Positions 26,296-38,791 of a DNA stretch of 64,000 nucleotides are shown piece by piece. The notes below the pieces were generated by a model. That model was not told where the DNA came from. It worked only from the letters and a program-made list of their open reading frames with translations, and did no database searches. The translations under genes and the position numbers were made by a program. Source of the stretch: Amoebidium appalachense (lineage: Eukaryota > Protista > Ichthyosporea); assembly GCA_963693365.1 (NCBI GenBank), contig CAVNZM010000013.1, positions 2,009,817 through 2,073,816 on the forward strand. Reading direction: 5' to 3'. Positions within the stretch are counted from its first letter, which is position 1. Each line of letters starts with the position of its first letter.

Positions 26296-26630
26296 CCCCT
26301 CCCCCCCTCCCCCCAATATATTTTTCTTGCTTCTGCTTACTGCTGCAACTTTAACCCCCGGCCTTTCCCACTGCCCTTGCCTGCATAAGCAACCCTGCTC
26401 GTCTCTGATCAAGACGGGTGACCTACCCATGTTCAAGTGAAACAGTATCTGAGTTGGGTTTCGTTAACGAGGGGAATAGGTCGAAACGCGGGTACTGTGG
26501 ATGACGTGGGCCCCCCCTGAGGATGGGCTCTGCTAAATATGCATACTCTTTATGTATGGCTTGCATTCTGCATCGTGTTATCCGTTTGTTCTTGTGTACT
26601 TCGTATTTTTTGACGCATTCAAACCCCCCC
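25613..26630. repeat. Two diverged copies (25613-25760 and 26507-26630) of a ~130-150-bp dispersed repeat
   Basis: Both begin tgggccc(t/c)ccctgaggatgggctctgct and end gtacttcgta...cgcattcaa followed by poly-C. Confidence 0.6.
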
Positions 26631-27686
26631 CCCCCCGGGCCGTCCCCCGTATTGTGCTTTGTTCGTAATCGACCACTGCGAGTGACTTGTCGTCACCGTG
26701 AGTCGTGAGCCTCATGATCAGCAACAATACTATTCTTAAAGAAAGTAGTAAACTGCCCCAACGGCGGTCACAGACACACAGTCTGTTGACACGGCCCAGC
26801 CGCCGTCGTGAGCTACCTGCATTACTAGTAGCTGGCCTCAGCTAATAGTAGTCATCGCATGATGACCGGCAAAAATAATGGTTATACGGAAGATACGGCC
26901 GTCACGGTGGTAGTTGTAGTAATGTGGAGCAGTTACTCGTCTTGGAAGCGATCAGATTCTAACTGGGCGACCTTGAAGATCATAACCGGCGGGAAAGGAC
27001 TCGGTGCCAGCCTGTCTCTGAGTCAGCCAGGCTGGCAGCGCTACTTCATTGGGGATCATTGCACTTTATTGGCCGCTCCCTCAAGACTTAATTGCCGCCC
27101 GGCCCGTGTCATCAGACTGACTTCGGGGACTGGGGGAGTGGCTCGGGCTCGAGGGCTCAGGGGACTTGAAGGGGCGAAAGGTAAAGCTGGCTAGCTAGGC
27201 GAAACTTTGGACAGTCAGTCATTCAGTGGGCAGCAGCTGTGTACCCTACTCTGAGCCGGGTCACTTCCGCTTTGGCCGATATCCGAGCTCAACTTAGTGC
27301 CGTGCAAACCTCTTTAGTTAATCAAGTTAGTGGTGGTTTTGCACGCCGGACATGTACTGGCTGGACTGTCCCCATTACTAACTAACCGGGTGCGACTGAG
27401 TAACACATTCGACCCCCCTCCCCCCCCCCCCCCCCCCCCCCCCCCTCCGGGACCCCCCCAAAATGCACAAAATCACATAGTTCTTAGACAGCAACCCCCG
27501 GCCCCCCAAGCACCACCACCACACCCCACCACTAAGTATAGCACCCACCATAGCCTCATGATATATGCACACACACAGGGCATACCACTACGGTGTTGTC
27601 GAACTCGGAGCCCGTGGTTAAGAAAGTTTATTCGTAGGTATTGAGTGGACGAGGGGAGGGCTGGAGCCCCTCCACAAAGCGACGAG

Positions 27687-27928
27687 GCTCGGGGTGTAAT
27701 TTACTAAACAGGCTGGGCCACCTAAGTGTGTGTACCTAGCTATAGTAGTTGCTCGGGGTGTAATTTACTGTGACCCTGGGCCACCTAAGTGTGTGTACCT
27801 AGTAGACTATTAGGTTTGGTAACGGTACTAGTGGTGTGTTGGCTTAGCTGCCACTCTATTGTTAGCTGGCACTCTATTGTTAGCTGGCACTCTATTGTTA
27901 GCTGCCACTCTATTGTTAGCTGGCACTC
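27687..27928. repeat. ~65-bp tandem duplication followed by an 18-bp minisatellite
   Basis: gctcggggtgtaatttact...ctgggccacctaagtgtgtgtacctag occurs twice, then (ttagctg[c/g]cactctattg) ~4.7 times at ~27844-27928. Confidence 0.85.
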
Positions 27929-28905
27929 AGTATGGCATAGAGCACAGCCGGTCACGTGTGGATGACGGTAGTTTCTGTAACTTATAGGGCCCCTGGGGGG
28001 TTCCTCCGGGAACAAACCGGGAGTTTTGAAATCATTTGAAATAGAACTTTGAAGACAAACCCAACCCCCCCCCCCCCCCCCCCCCCCCCCAAACACCCAA
28101 CACCCACCACCCACACACCCCGCAACCCACCCACCCACCCACACAAACAAAAAAAAAGAAAAACACACACCTTACCACGTACCACCACCGCGACAACCGG
28201 TACCGCCACGATCATACCACCACTGACACCGTGTGCTGCCACCACACACTTAGTCTATGTACGCACTAGCCTAGTAGTACACACACAGCACTCACGCAGG
28301 CCTGAACGTACAACTCGCACGCACACACCCAATGTTTTTCAGCCCTGGATTCAGGCACCTTAATTGATAACTGTATCCACTGAACCGTGTGATCGTCGAG
28401 CGATATGGGCCGGAAATCACGCCATCGGATAAATTAATTAATATGTACTTAATTTATTATGATTTAACGTCTCGAACCTACTCAGTGCAGGCTGCGGTGA
28501 TTGTCTCAGATGATACAAACGGCTGAGTCACACACCCTCCCTTGTAAGACCAGGTAACCCTAATACTGGGTAGCCTGTCACTAGGGCTCATAATATTATC
28601 TCCTACATTTGGCTAAAGATCATGATAGTAACTTAGTCTATATGAACCCTGATAGTTTCTGTATGTCATAGAGCATTCGAAAGTCTTAAATTTTCGTCAC
28701 ACAAAAAGAAACGAAAAACACATGAAAAAGGTATAATGGGGGGCACCCTAAGGCTCCTACTATATAAAGGTATCTTAGATGTGTTGCTCTTTATTTATTT
28801 CGAGTTTGAATACGTGATAATATCGCCGAAGTTGTGTGTGTAATACAATGTTTCCTTGATATCTATACAATGACATATCGGAGACAAAGGAAGCAAAAGT
28901 CTGAC

Positions 28906-29001
28906 CTATGATAATAAACGGCTTTCCATTTGGAAGGCTTCGATGTTGGCTTTCGGGTTCTTCTGGTTGCGGAACCGGTGGGCCACAAAGATGCCGATCA
29001 G

Positions 29002-29054
<53 letters not shown>

Positions 29055-29057
29055 TGT

Positions 29058-29133
<76 letters not shown>

Positions 29134-29621
29134 CGAGTGTGTTTGTGTGTGTGTGTGCACGGTGTATGTGCATGGGGTGTGTGTGTGTGTTTGAAGGGGG
29201 GGGGGGGGGGGGGGGGGGGGGGGAGTTTAGCTGCAGGAAGAAACCCCAAACATTGGACATTTCCAAATTGGTGCCAGCAGGCACTCGGAGTGTGCCTTTG
29301 CAACACCTCCAATTTGAAATTTTCCGGCTATACCCCCCCCCTCCCCCCTACCACCACCAACACTTTCCACCCCACAAAATATGCCAGCCTAGAGTCCCAC
29401 ACGCACACACACAACCGTATCTATCCCCCCCCCCCCCCCCCCTTTCTCCCTCCGGGGCACACAAACGAGTGTGTGTGTGCGCGTGCGTGTGCTTGTGTGT
29501 GCGGGAGGGGGGGCGGAGGGGGGGGGGGGGGGGGGATGGGGGGGGTGAGGGTTCACCTCGAGGATTGCAAAGACGAGACAAAACCAACTTGCTGTCATCT
29601 CAGCAGTCTGGAGCGACCGAC

Positions 29622-29680
<59 letters not shown>

Positions 29681-29700
29681 CGTGCGTGCATGTGTGCGTG

Positions 29701-29740
<40 letters not shown>

Positions 29741-30604
29741 GGGGAGGCGAGGGGGAGGAGGGGAGAGAGGCAATGAGTAAGAATGGAGGATTGTGGTTGC
29801 CATAGAGAACCCCATACAAAGGTGAGCAACCACAGTGACACATTCACACACACACCCACCTACCTACCCACCCACATGCACACACCGCACCCACGTATCG
29901 CTCGAGTGCGTGTGAAACCCTAAATTAATGTTGTGCTGAAATGATTACACATACTCGACGCATTAAAGGCACCATTTTTGCTGCTTCCTCCCTCTCGCGT
30001 TTTTGAAACTCTCCAACCCAATGTCCACATCTCTCTCTCCCTCCCTCCCCCCCCTCCCCCCCTCCCCCCCCCCCCCCCCCCCTCCCCTCCCCCCCATCTA
30101 AATTCTGCCCTGTGATACCCTCAGAACATATTTTCTGACTCCAACCGACAACACTTGCCCTGAATATAGTGTGTAAGACTGCAGAATAATTACAAGAACA
30201 ATATACCCAGCACCAAGGTATCGATATTACCACGTCACGATGGACCTTTCCATATGTATTCATATCTATTTATAGGTATCACGACCCCTCTAGTATCCAT
30301 TTTGGTACTATCCCTATCACAATGGACCTATATATTGTGTCGAGGATAGCAAATCCACTTGAAGTTGAGATATAATCGACTGTTCTTTCACGTTTTGTCG
30401 TTTTTTGCCCATGCAGTAACTAAATTTAACTCTCTAAATGTCGTAATTAGGAACTTCTACTAATAGATATACTATAATATTTTAGAGGGGGATATACGTA
30501 CAGTAATGACGGGTAGCATGCTCTGTTGTCCGTAATGGCCGACCCTGGGCAGTTGGGGCCTGGGCCGTAGGGGGCGGCACCTAGGGAATGGGACGACAGG
30601 GGGT

Positions 30605-30694
<90 letters not shown>

Positions 30695-31173
30695 GTGTAC
30701 GCGCACTCCGGGGGGAGGGTTATAGGACTGCAAGGAGATGAAGACATGGGCAGATGAGCAGGCGGAGAGACAGGGGGAGGGGGGGAGGGAGAGGGGGGGG
30801 GGAGGGGGAGGGGGCGGGCGGGCAGATCGTCAGAAATCTTACAAGGAGACCCGAAGGTATGACATATACATGAAGTCAGGAAGTGGTGAAAGAGTAGAGC
30901 TGGGAGAAGGACAAGTACACGTGCAAAATACACAAAAGAATGTCGACCAACATCCCTCCTCTAACTTCGTGCTCCTACTTTTTCCATAGAACACAGAACA
31001 GGAAATGGAACGAGGGGATAATCTATCTAAGGCAAGGGACAAACGTGCAGATGGCGAGAACGCGTGGGGGTGCGTATGTGGACGATACATGTGTGTGTAC
31101 ACGTGTGTACCTGTGTTTGTGCTTTCTGTAGCTGTATGTGTAGGTGTGTGTGTATACGTGTGTGTGGGTGTGT

Positions 31174-31224
<51 letters not shown>

Positions 31225-31264
31225 TGTACGTGTGTGTGTGTGCGTGTGTACGTGTACGTGTACG

Positions 31265-31336
<72 letters not shown>

Positions 31337-31519
31337 TGTTTGTGTGTGTGTGTATGTGTGTGTGTTTGTGTTTGTGTGTGTGTGCGTGCGCATGTGTGCG
31401 TGCGTGCGCGCGCGCGCGTGTGTGTGTAGGTGTGTGTTTTGTGTTTGAATGTCTATGTGTGTGTCAACAGATGTGTGTGTGTGTGTGTGTGTGTGTGCGT
31501 TGGTGTGTGTGTGTGTTTT

Positions 31520-31617
<98 letters not shown>

Positions 31618-31728
31618 CGTGCGTGCGTGCGCGTATGTGTGTGCGTGCGTGCGTGCGTGCGTGCGTGCATGTGTGTGTGTGTGTGTACGTGTGTGTTTTG
31701 TGTTTGTGTGTCTGTGTGTGTGTCAACA

Positions 31729-31765
<37 letters not shown>

Positions 31766-31870
31766 CTGTGACGCTGTGTAGGCCGCAGCACGTGAAGTGC
31801 CTCTGCACGTCATCTTTCGTTACATCACTGCTGCTTGCCCACCCACTCTGTGTGTGTGTCCGGGTGTGCG

Positions 31871-31908
<38 letters not shown>

Positions 31909-33247
31909 AGAGAGGGTGTGAGTATGAATGCGTGAATGTGCACGTGTGCGTGTGTGTGGCTTAATACACTGTATTTGGTATCACTTTGCATTCAGGTGTA
32001 TGTGTTTGTGCATGTCTGCCATGTGTGAAAAAAATGTGTTCTCGTGTGTCTATATTAGTATGCATGTTAAGGTCAGAAAACGGAGAGTCGGCAACAGAAC
32101 AGTAGAATACTCACAAAACAAAACTTGATTTTGCTGTCGTTTCTTGTAAGAGGGAAGGGGGGAAAGTGATAATATCATTTTTCTCTGAAAGAGAAAATAT
32201 AAACTACCACTCACGGACCACACCACGACGCAGCAATTTCTAAGAAGAGAAAAATCCACCCGTGACTACTTGACAAAGAATTGTATTCCCCCCCCCCCCC
32301 CCCCCCCCCCCCCCCCGCGCCGGCCCGCCCGCCCTTTCCCAGTTCCTCCCCATCCCCCCTCTTTCCTTCCCCAGTCCCCCCCTCCCCACCAAAAAAAAAA
32401 AAAAAAAAAAAAAAGAAAAAAAGAAAGAAAGAGTCTTCTCTTCCCGCAAGAAAGAACAGTGCCAATACGCTTTAAGGTCGTATAGGGGCCACCCATCCCC
32501 ACCCCACGGTACCGTGGGACTGAGGGACTGCACGTGCACACACTGTGAAAAGGCACATTTCCCACCTGCACACAGCGTGCACCCATGCACATGCGAGAAC
32601 GTGTGTAAGCGCACCCCTTAATGCCTGTGTGGATGTGTGCAAGTGTGTTCTGCATGCAGGTGCGACATGTGGGTATGTGTACCGTTATATGCACGTGTGC
32701 ATACGTAATGCCTGCAACTCCCCCCCCCCCCCCCCCTTTCCCTCCCCTCTCCCACACCCCCACTCCCACCCCCTCTTCCCTGAGGCTCCCTCTCCAGTGA
32801 CCACAATATATTTCTATATGTCGGCACAAGTGCGCATATATGCATATACACAAGTTTGCACACGTGTGTGTGCACGTGTGTGCACGTGTGTGCACGTGTG
32901 TGCATGTGCACGCACCTCTATCAGGGCCTTCTGCCTGCCCTCATCCGACATGGTGAAGATGACCCCAGCCACGACCGTCTGCACGAGCACTAGTAGGCCC
33001 ATCACCACCATGTACTTGGAAAGGTTAAGGTCACACCAACACAAAAAAAGGGAGGGGAAAAAAATAATAATAAACCAAGGAAACTGCACATCCAAACTTT
33101 GTTCGGAGAGTGGGTGGGTGGGTGGGTGGGGGTGGGGGGGAAGGGGGGGGGGGGGGGGGGGAAATGCATATGTGGGGAACATGAGGGAAGGTGTTAAGAA
33201 GAGAGTGACACGTGTGTTTGTGTGTCTCTCTCTCTCCCTGTCTTTGT

Positions 33248-33278
<31 letters not shown>

Positions 33279-35142
33279 GGGGGGGGGGGAGGGGGGGGAA
33301 GGGGGGGGGTACAGGGGGGACGGGGATTGAAGAAGATGGCGGTAGTCAGATAGGGATTATATGGCATAGTGGGGAGGGTGATGGGGGAGGATGGGTGACA
33401 GGGGGAAGAAGGAGATGGGGGGGGGGGGGGAAGGGGGTTTCAAAATAGCTGTGTAAAGGATACGAAGAAGAGCATGGCCATTCTATGGCGGTGTGCTGCG
33501 ATATAACCATATATGGAAATCAGCAGCAGAAACACCCCACAGGCCACCACGGCACCCACAATGTTAAGGCTGCTGACCTGCTGGCTGGCCTTGGCCCATC
33601 CCCCCACGGCAATTAAGCTGATGCCCACAAGCTGCAGTTGCCATATATGGTTAGAAGATTACCATGTATGGTTAGCGGGTTACCATGTATTACCATATGT
33701 GGTTAGAAGATTACCAGGTATGGTTAGCGGGTTACCATGTATTACCATATATAGTTAGAAGATTACCATGTACGGTTACGTGTATTACCATATATGGTTA
33801 GAAGATTACCATGTATGGTTAGTCGGTTACCATGTATGGTTAGTGGGTTACCATGTATGGTAGTTGGGTAACAATGTACGATGTGAGACGCACCATCGTC
33901 ATGTATGGCGATTGGATATTATTGAGCTACCATATATGCTTATTGGGTTACTGTCCCTGGTTATTGGGCTATCCTGTGCACGGTTTAGATTGCAACATAT
34001 GCCCATCGTGTTGGCCGTTAGAGCTACTTGCTCGTAGGGGCAATCCTCCAAATCTTGACGCCACCATTCAATTCACCGATCTCAGATCTAATTGGGCAAA
34101 AAGTGGGGCCTAAAATCGGGGCCAAATACTAATCTACAGCCTCTCAAAGCCAGTTTATGTTCGATTCCACTTAGAAAAAGGCTTTCACACTCTAAGTAGA
34201 GTTGTAGGAAATAGAAAGACGCACTAAGTTGATAAAGGCAGTCTGGGGTGTCCGACACCGCCTTTACCGTCAAAATCAGCTAAACCTAGCCAAAACCGCC
34301 CCCAGCTGGGGCCAACCTGACCGCCTGCTGACTGACGGCGGGAGTCGATCGCATATAGCAAGACATGTGTTTTTGCCTGTTTTGACCTGAAAATAAGACC
34401 CAAGCATCCTATGTTGCTCATATATAAACAATGTGTGTCGCTTTATTTGCTAAATTATTAATTAAGCGACTAAAGCATGTTTCCTATTCATAGTTAAGAC
34501 TTTATCAAGTGAAAACGGACTTGGACTATGACCGGCATAAGATGGCTAGGCCCCACTTTTGAGCCGCCAAATTCAAATAGGATCTGAAACCGGTAATTCG
34601 TGAAGCCACTATTTCGTATTATTGTTTGGAAGACTATTTTTTGTTAGTTCTATATAATTTTTTGCATGCCGGTTATGAACAAAAATATTTCTAACCGGCA
34701 CGCAAAAAATCATATAGAACTAACAACAATATTTCTAACCGGCACGCAAAAAATCATATAGAACTAATAAAAAATAGTCTTGCAAACGCACATACAATAT
34801 AGTGGCTTCACGTATTGGATGTTGGCGTCAAGATTTGAAGGGTTGCCCCTATTCAAAGGCAGATAAAAGAAATCCAAAATAAGGAAGTGAACAACAGCAT
34901 GTGACCGATCCGATGGTGATGTCCCACACACCCGTCTTTCCTTCTTCGCCCTTTCCCCCTTTCTCCCTACGTCAACCGTTACATCCACCTCACGGACATG
35001 TGAACTCACCACCACCCACCCACCCTTTCCCCCCTTGGCACACATATACACACAGGCGGACACAGGCACACAGGCGCACACAACCCATCCCCACCCCCTC
35101 TCCCCCCCCACCCCCTCTCCCCCCCCCCCCCCCCCCAAAAAC

Positions 35143-35177
<35 letters not shown>

Positions 35178-35190
35178 CGCACGCACGCAC

Positions 35191-35279
<89 letters not shown>

Positions 35280-35624
35280 ACAGGCCCAGCCACATCAACC
35301 ACAAACACCCGACAGCAACGACAGGGCACAGAGGCAAAACCAGTACACACACCATGCCCTAACCACCCCACCAGCACATTAACCACCGACAAACACATAC
35401 AGTAACACACACACACACACACCTACCATGTATATTGCATTGAGGACTTTGAGTATCCTCTTGTGCAGCTCATATGTGTTGATGCTCGGCATTTCTGCGC
35501 CCGTGTGGGTCTCATCAATGAGCCCAAAGTCTGACGCTGACACGGCTTCACTGTCGACCTCTTCGCCTCCCAAGAGCCCACGCCCCTCCCGCTGCAGTTA
35601 CGTGTGTGTGTTTGTGTGTGAGGG

Positions 35625-35659
<35 letters not shown>

Positions 35660-35761
35660 GTCTACGTGTGGGGGAGGGGGGAGGGAGGGTAGGGGGAGAT
35701 GTCTCGTGTGTGAGTGTGAGTGTGCATGTGTATTGCATGTGTGTGTGTGTGGGTGCATGTG

Positions 35762-35817
<56 letters not shown>

Positions 35818-37184
35818 GTGTGGGTGGGTGTGTATGTGCACATGGGTGTGCCTGCTTGTGTGGGCGTAGGTGGGTGGGTGGGTGGGTGGGTGGGACAGGG
35901 AGAAGATTGGGGGGGGGGGGGGGGGGGGAGGGGGGCAGAGGGTCTTTAGACACATTGTACGCATTTAGGCCACAAATGCAGCAAAGAGCCACTGTGCATG
36001 TCAGATAACAAGAAAAAGAAAACACAAAGACCTTAACAGCACAAGCACAACCTATCATTCGGAAGGGAAGACAGGAGAGGAGCCAGAAAAGAGGGGGGAG
36101 CAGGGTGTGTGTGGGTGGGTGGGGGGGGGGGGGGGGGGAGGGGGGGGCAGAGGGTCTTTAGACACATTGTACGCATTTAGGCCACAAATGCAGCAAAGAG
36201 CCACTGTGCATGTCAGATAACAAGAAAAAGAAAACACAAAGACCTTAACAGCACAAGCACATTCTATCATTCGGAAGGGAAGACAGGAGAGGAGCCAGAA
36301 AAGAGGGGGGAGCAGGGTGTGTGTGGGTGGGTGGGGGGGGGGGGGGGGGGGGGGGGGGAGGGGGGGGGGCAGAGGGTCTTTAGACACATTGTACGCATTT
36401 AGGCCACAAATGCAGCAAAGAGCCACTGTGCATGTCAGATAACAAGAAAAAGAAAACACAAAGACCTTAACAGCACAAGCACAACCTATCATTCGGAAGG
36501 GAAGACAGGAGAGGAGCCAGAAAAGAGGGGGGAGCAGGGTGTGTGTGGGTGGGGGGGGTGGGTGGGGGGGGGGGGGGGGGGAGGGGGGGGGGGGGCAGAG
36601 GGTCTTTAGACACATTGTACGCATTTAGGCCACAAATGCAGCAAAGAGCCACTGTGCATGTCAGATAACAAGAAAAAGAAAACACAAAGACCTTAACAGC
36701 ACAAGCACAACCTATCATTCGGAAGGGAAGACAGGAGAGGAGCCAGAAAAGAGGGGGGAGCAGGGTGTGTGTGGGTGGGTGGGTGGGGGGGGGGGGGGGG
36801 GAGGGGGGGCAGAGGGTCTTTAGACACATTGTACGCATTTAGGCCACAAATGCAGCAAAGAGCCACTGTGCATGTCAGATAACAAGAAAAAGAAAACACA
36901 AAGACCTTAACAGCACAAGCACAACCTATCATTCGGAAGGGAAGACAGGAGAGGAGCCAGAAAAGAGGGGGGAGCGGGGTGTGGGGGGGGGGAGGAAAGC
37001 AGGAGTTCCGGGGGGGGGAGGGGGGGGCTGTTGGTGGTGGAAGGCAGGAGGGGGGTTAGGGTGAGATAACGGAGGCTGTGTTTCTTTGTGTGTATGTGTG
37101 TGTCTAGAAGTATGTAGTTGTGTGTTTTTGCGTCTGTGTGAGTGTGACACCCCCGCCCCCCCTCCCTCCCCTGTCCGGGGGAAA

Positions 37185-37222
<38 letters not shown>

Positions 37223-37734
37223 AGGGAGGGGAGGGGCAGGAAAGGCGGTCTGTAGGTGGATACAACAGAAAGAAGTAGCAAATAAACCAAAGAAAGGGGC
37301 GGGAAGGGCGGTTTGTGGGTGGGTGCAACAGAAAGAAGTAGCAAATAGAAAAAGAAAACAGATACAAATTAATGAACACGACGATAAAACATGTTCAACC
37401 AAAAGAGCTTAACACCAGTAAACACAAGGGTTGTTGAGCCCGGGGGGGTGGGTTAGGTGCATGTGAAGATTTTAGCCCCCGGGGGGGGGGGGGGGGGGGG
37501 GGGGTGGGGGGGGGGGTTACGGTGGGTAGATTTTGGCTTTTGGGGTAAAGGGGAAAGGGAAGGGGGGGTAGATTTTTAGCCAGAGGGCGGGGGGGGGGGG
37601 GGGGGGGGGGGGGGGGATACATAGTATAAGTACGAAAATATAGAGCCATGAACAAAGTTGAAGAAAATAAGTAACATCCAAAAGCGACATGCTGTGTATG
37701 TATCATAATCAGAACCCACCAACCTTTGGGGAGG

Positions 37735-37776
<42 letters not shown>

Positions 37777-38666
37777 CTGCCAGTAGTTGGCATGTGTGGT
37801 AGAGGAAGGCAGGGATTGTGGGGTGAGGGGAGAGGGGGGGAGAGGGGGGGGGGGGGGGGGGGGGAGGTGGGGAAAGAGATGGGAAGAGGGGGGAGAGGAG
37901 GAAGGGGGGGGGGGGGGGGGGGGGGGGGGGGGATAAATATGCAAGTGCAGGTGGCAGGGCATGGTGCAACACAGCAGAAAAGATAAGCGACCATCACACG
38001 TTCGGGTGTGTGCACACACGTGTGTGTGTTCGTGTTTGTGTGATCGTGTGTGTGCGTGTGTGCTAGCACCGGCGTGCACACGTTCGCGTGCGTGTGTGTG
38101 TGTGTGTGGGTGGGGGGGGGGGGGGGGGGGGGGGGGAAGGAGGGGGGGGGGAGGGGGGGGGGGTTCTAGGCGCATGTGAGTGTGTGAGTGTGTGTGCGTG
38201 TGTGCTCGTGTGTGTGTGTGTGTGCTCGTGTGTATGTGTGTGTGTGCGCGTGCGCGCATGTGTGTGTCTGTGCATGCGCACGTCCGTGCGCAGGCAGGCC
38301 AACACCCGCAACCACACTTCTACCCGTACCCACGCAGCTCCAACATAAGCTCTCTTCCACCCCCCCGCGAAGGTACGCACAAACACAAACACACACGTTC
38401 ACACACACAAGCGCGTGCGCACACACACACCTATCTATGCACGCACCTAGGCACGAACGAACCCACACACACGCTCTGATTAGTGGTGTTACAGCAACAT
38501 ACATATCCACGCACGCTTGCACACGCACATGCATATGCGCGCACACACGCACACGCACACACACATGCACGCACACGACACGCACACGCACATGCACGCA
38601 CACACACACACACCGTGGCACACACAAACACGTATGAACACACCCTCTTCTTCCCCGTCCCCCCCC

Positions 38667-38702
<36 letters not shown>

Positions 38703-38791
38703 AGACACACAGAAAACTCAACTATCCATACCTGGCTGTCGTTAATCATTAGTTTGTAAAAATCCGCTGGCCCCAATTGATGATGCACCAT
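28906..38791 (-). CDS. TSPAN13: Tetraspanin, TSPAN13/TSPAN31 subfamily (~270 aa, 8 exons)
   Basis: Exons (minus) 38791-38732, 35591-35427, 33631-33464, 33014-32916, 31847-31766, 30580-30502, 29620-29557 and 29001-28906 (TAG), with consistent phases. Four hydrophobic TM segments; EC2 with [20 protein letters not shown] plus two more Cys. C-terminus [24 protein letters not shown] resembles human TSPAN13 [25 protein letters not shown] (from memory). The first exon is less certain; an alternative start is the ATG at 35492 (MPSINT...). Confidence 0.88.
33015..33463 (-). other. U12-type (minor spliceosome) GT-AG intron in the tetraspanin gene
   Basis: 5' splice site GTATCCTTT (33463-33455). Branch site gaCCTTAAC lies ~10 nt before the AG at 33016-33015, with no long polypyrimidine tract. 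Joins MLFF|YMVV in phase 0. Confidence 0.85.
33641..33872. repeat. Quasi-palindromic ~21-bp minisatellite with ~51-bp higher-order period
   Basis: Repeats of ttaccatgtatggttag(aaga/cggg); abuts the acceptor at 33632. Confidence 0.85.
34035..34851. mobile_element. Non-autonomous TIR element (TAGGGG termini, ~38-bp TIR) with a nested palindromic insert, inside a tetraspanin intron
   Basis: Left taggggcaatcctccaaatcttgacgccaccattcaat; right attggatgttggcgtcaagatttgaagggttgccccta. Nested fold-back at ~34599-34812 (cgtgaagccactat...atagtggcttcacg). No TSD identified. Confidence 0.8.
35935..36982. repeat. Tandem array of 5 near-identical ~212-226-bp units separated by variable poly-G tracts (intronic)
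   Basis: Units start with gcagagggtctttagacac at ~35935, 36147, 36369, 36595 and 36809. The only clear internal variant is cacattctatc versus cacaacctatc in unit 2. Confidence 0.92.

Noticed and set aside
29222-29335. Unique sequence inside the last tetraspanin intron as a possible extra exon
   Set aside because: The flanking exons already join in frame (FAILE|LIGIF) and match the TSPAN13/31 TM4 without it.
35935-36982. CRISPR-like repeat-spacer array, or a repeated Cys-rich hydrophobic ORF ([17 protein letters not shown]...)
   Set aside because: Repeats are ~175 bp and the spacers are just poly-G; the context is a eukaryotic intron with no cas genes. Reading frames shift with G-run length.
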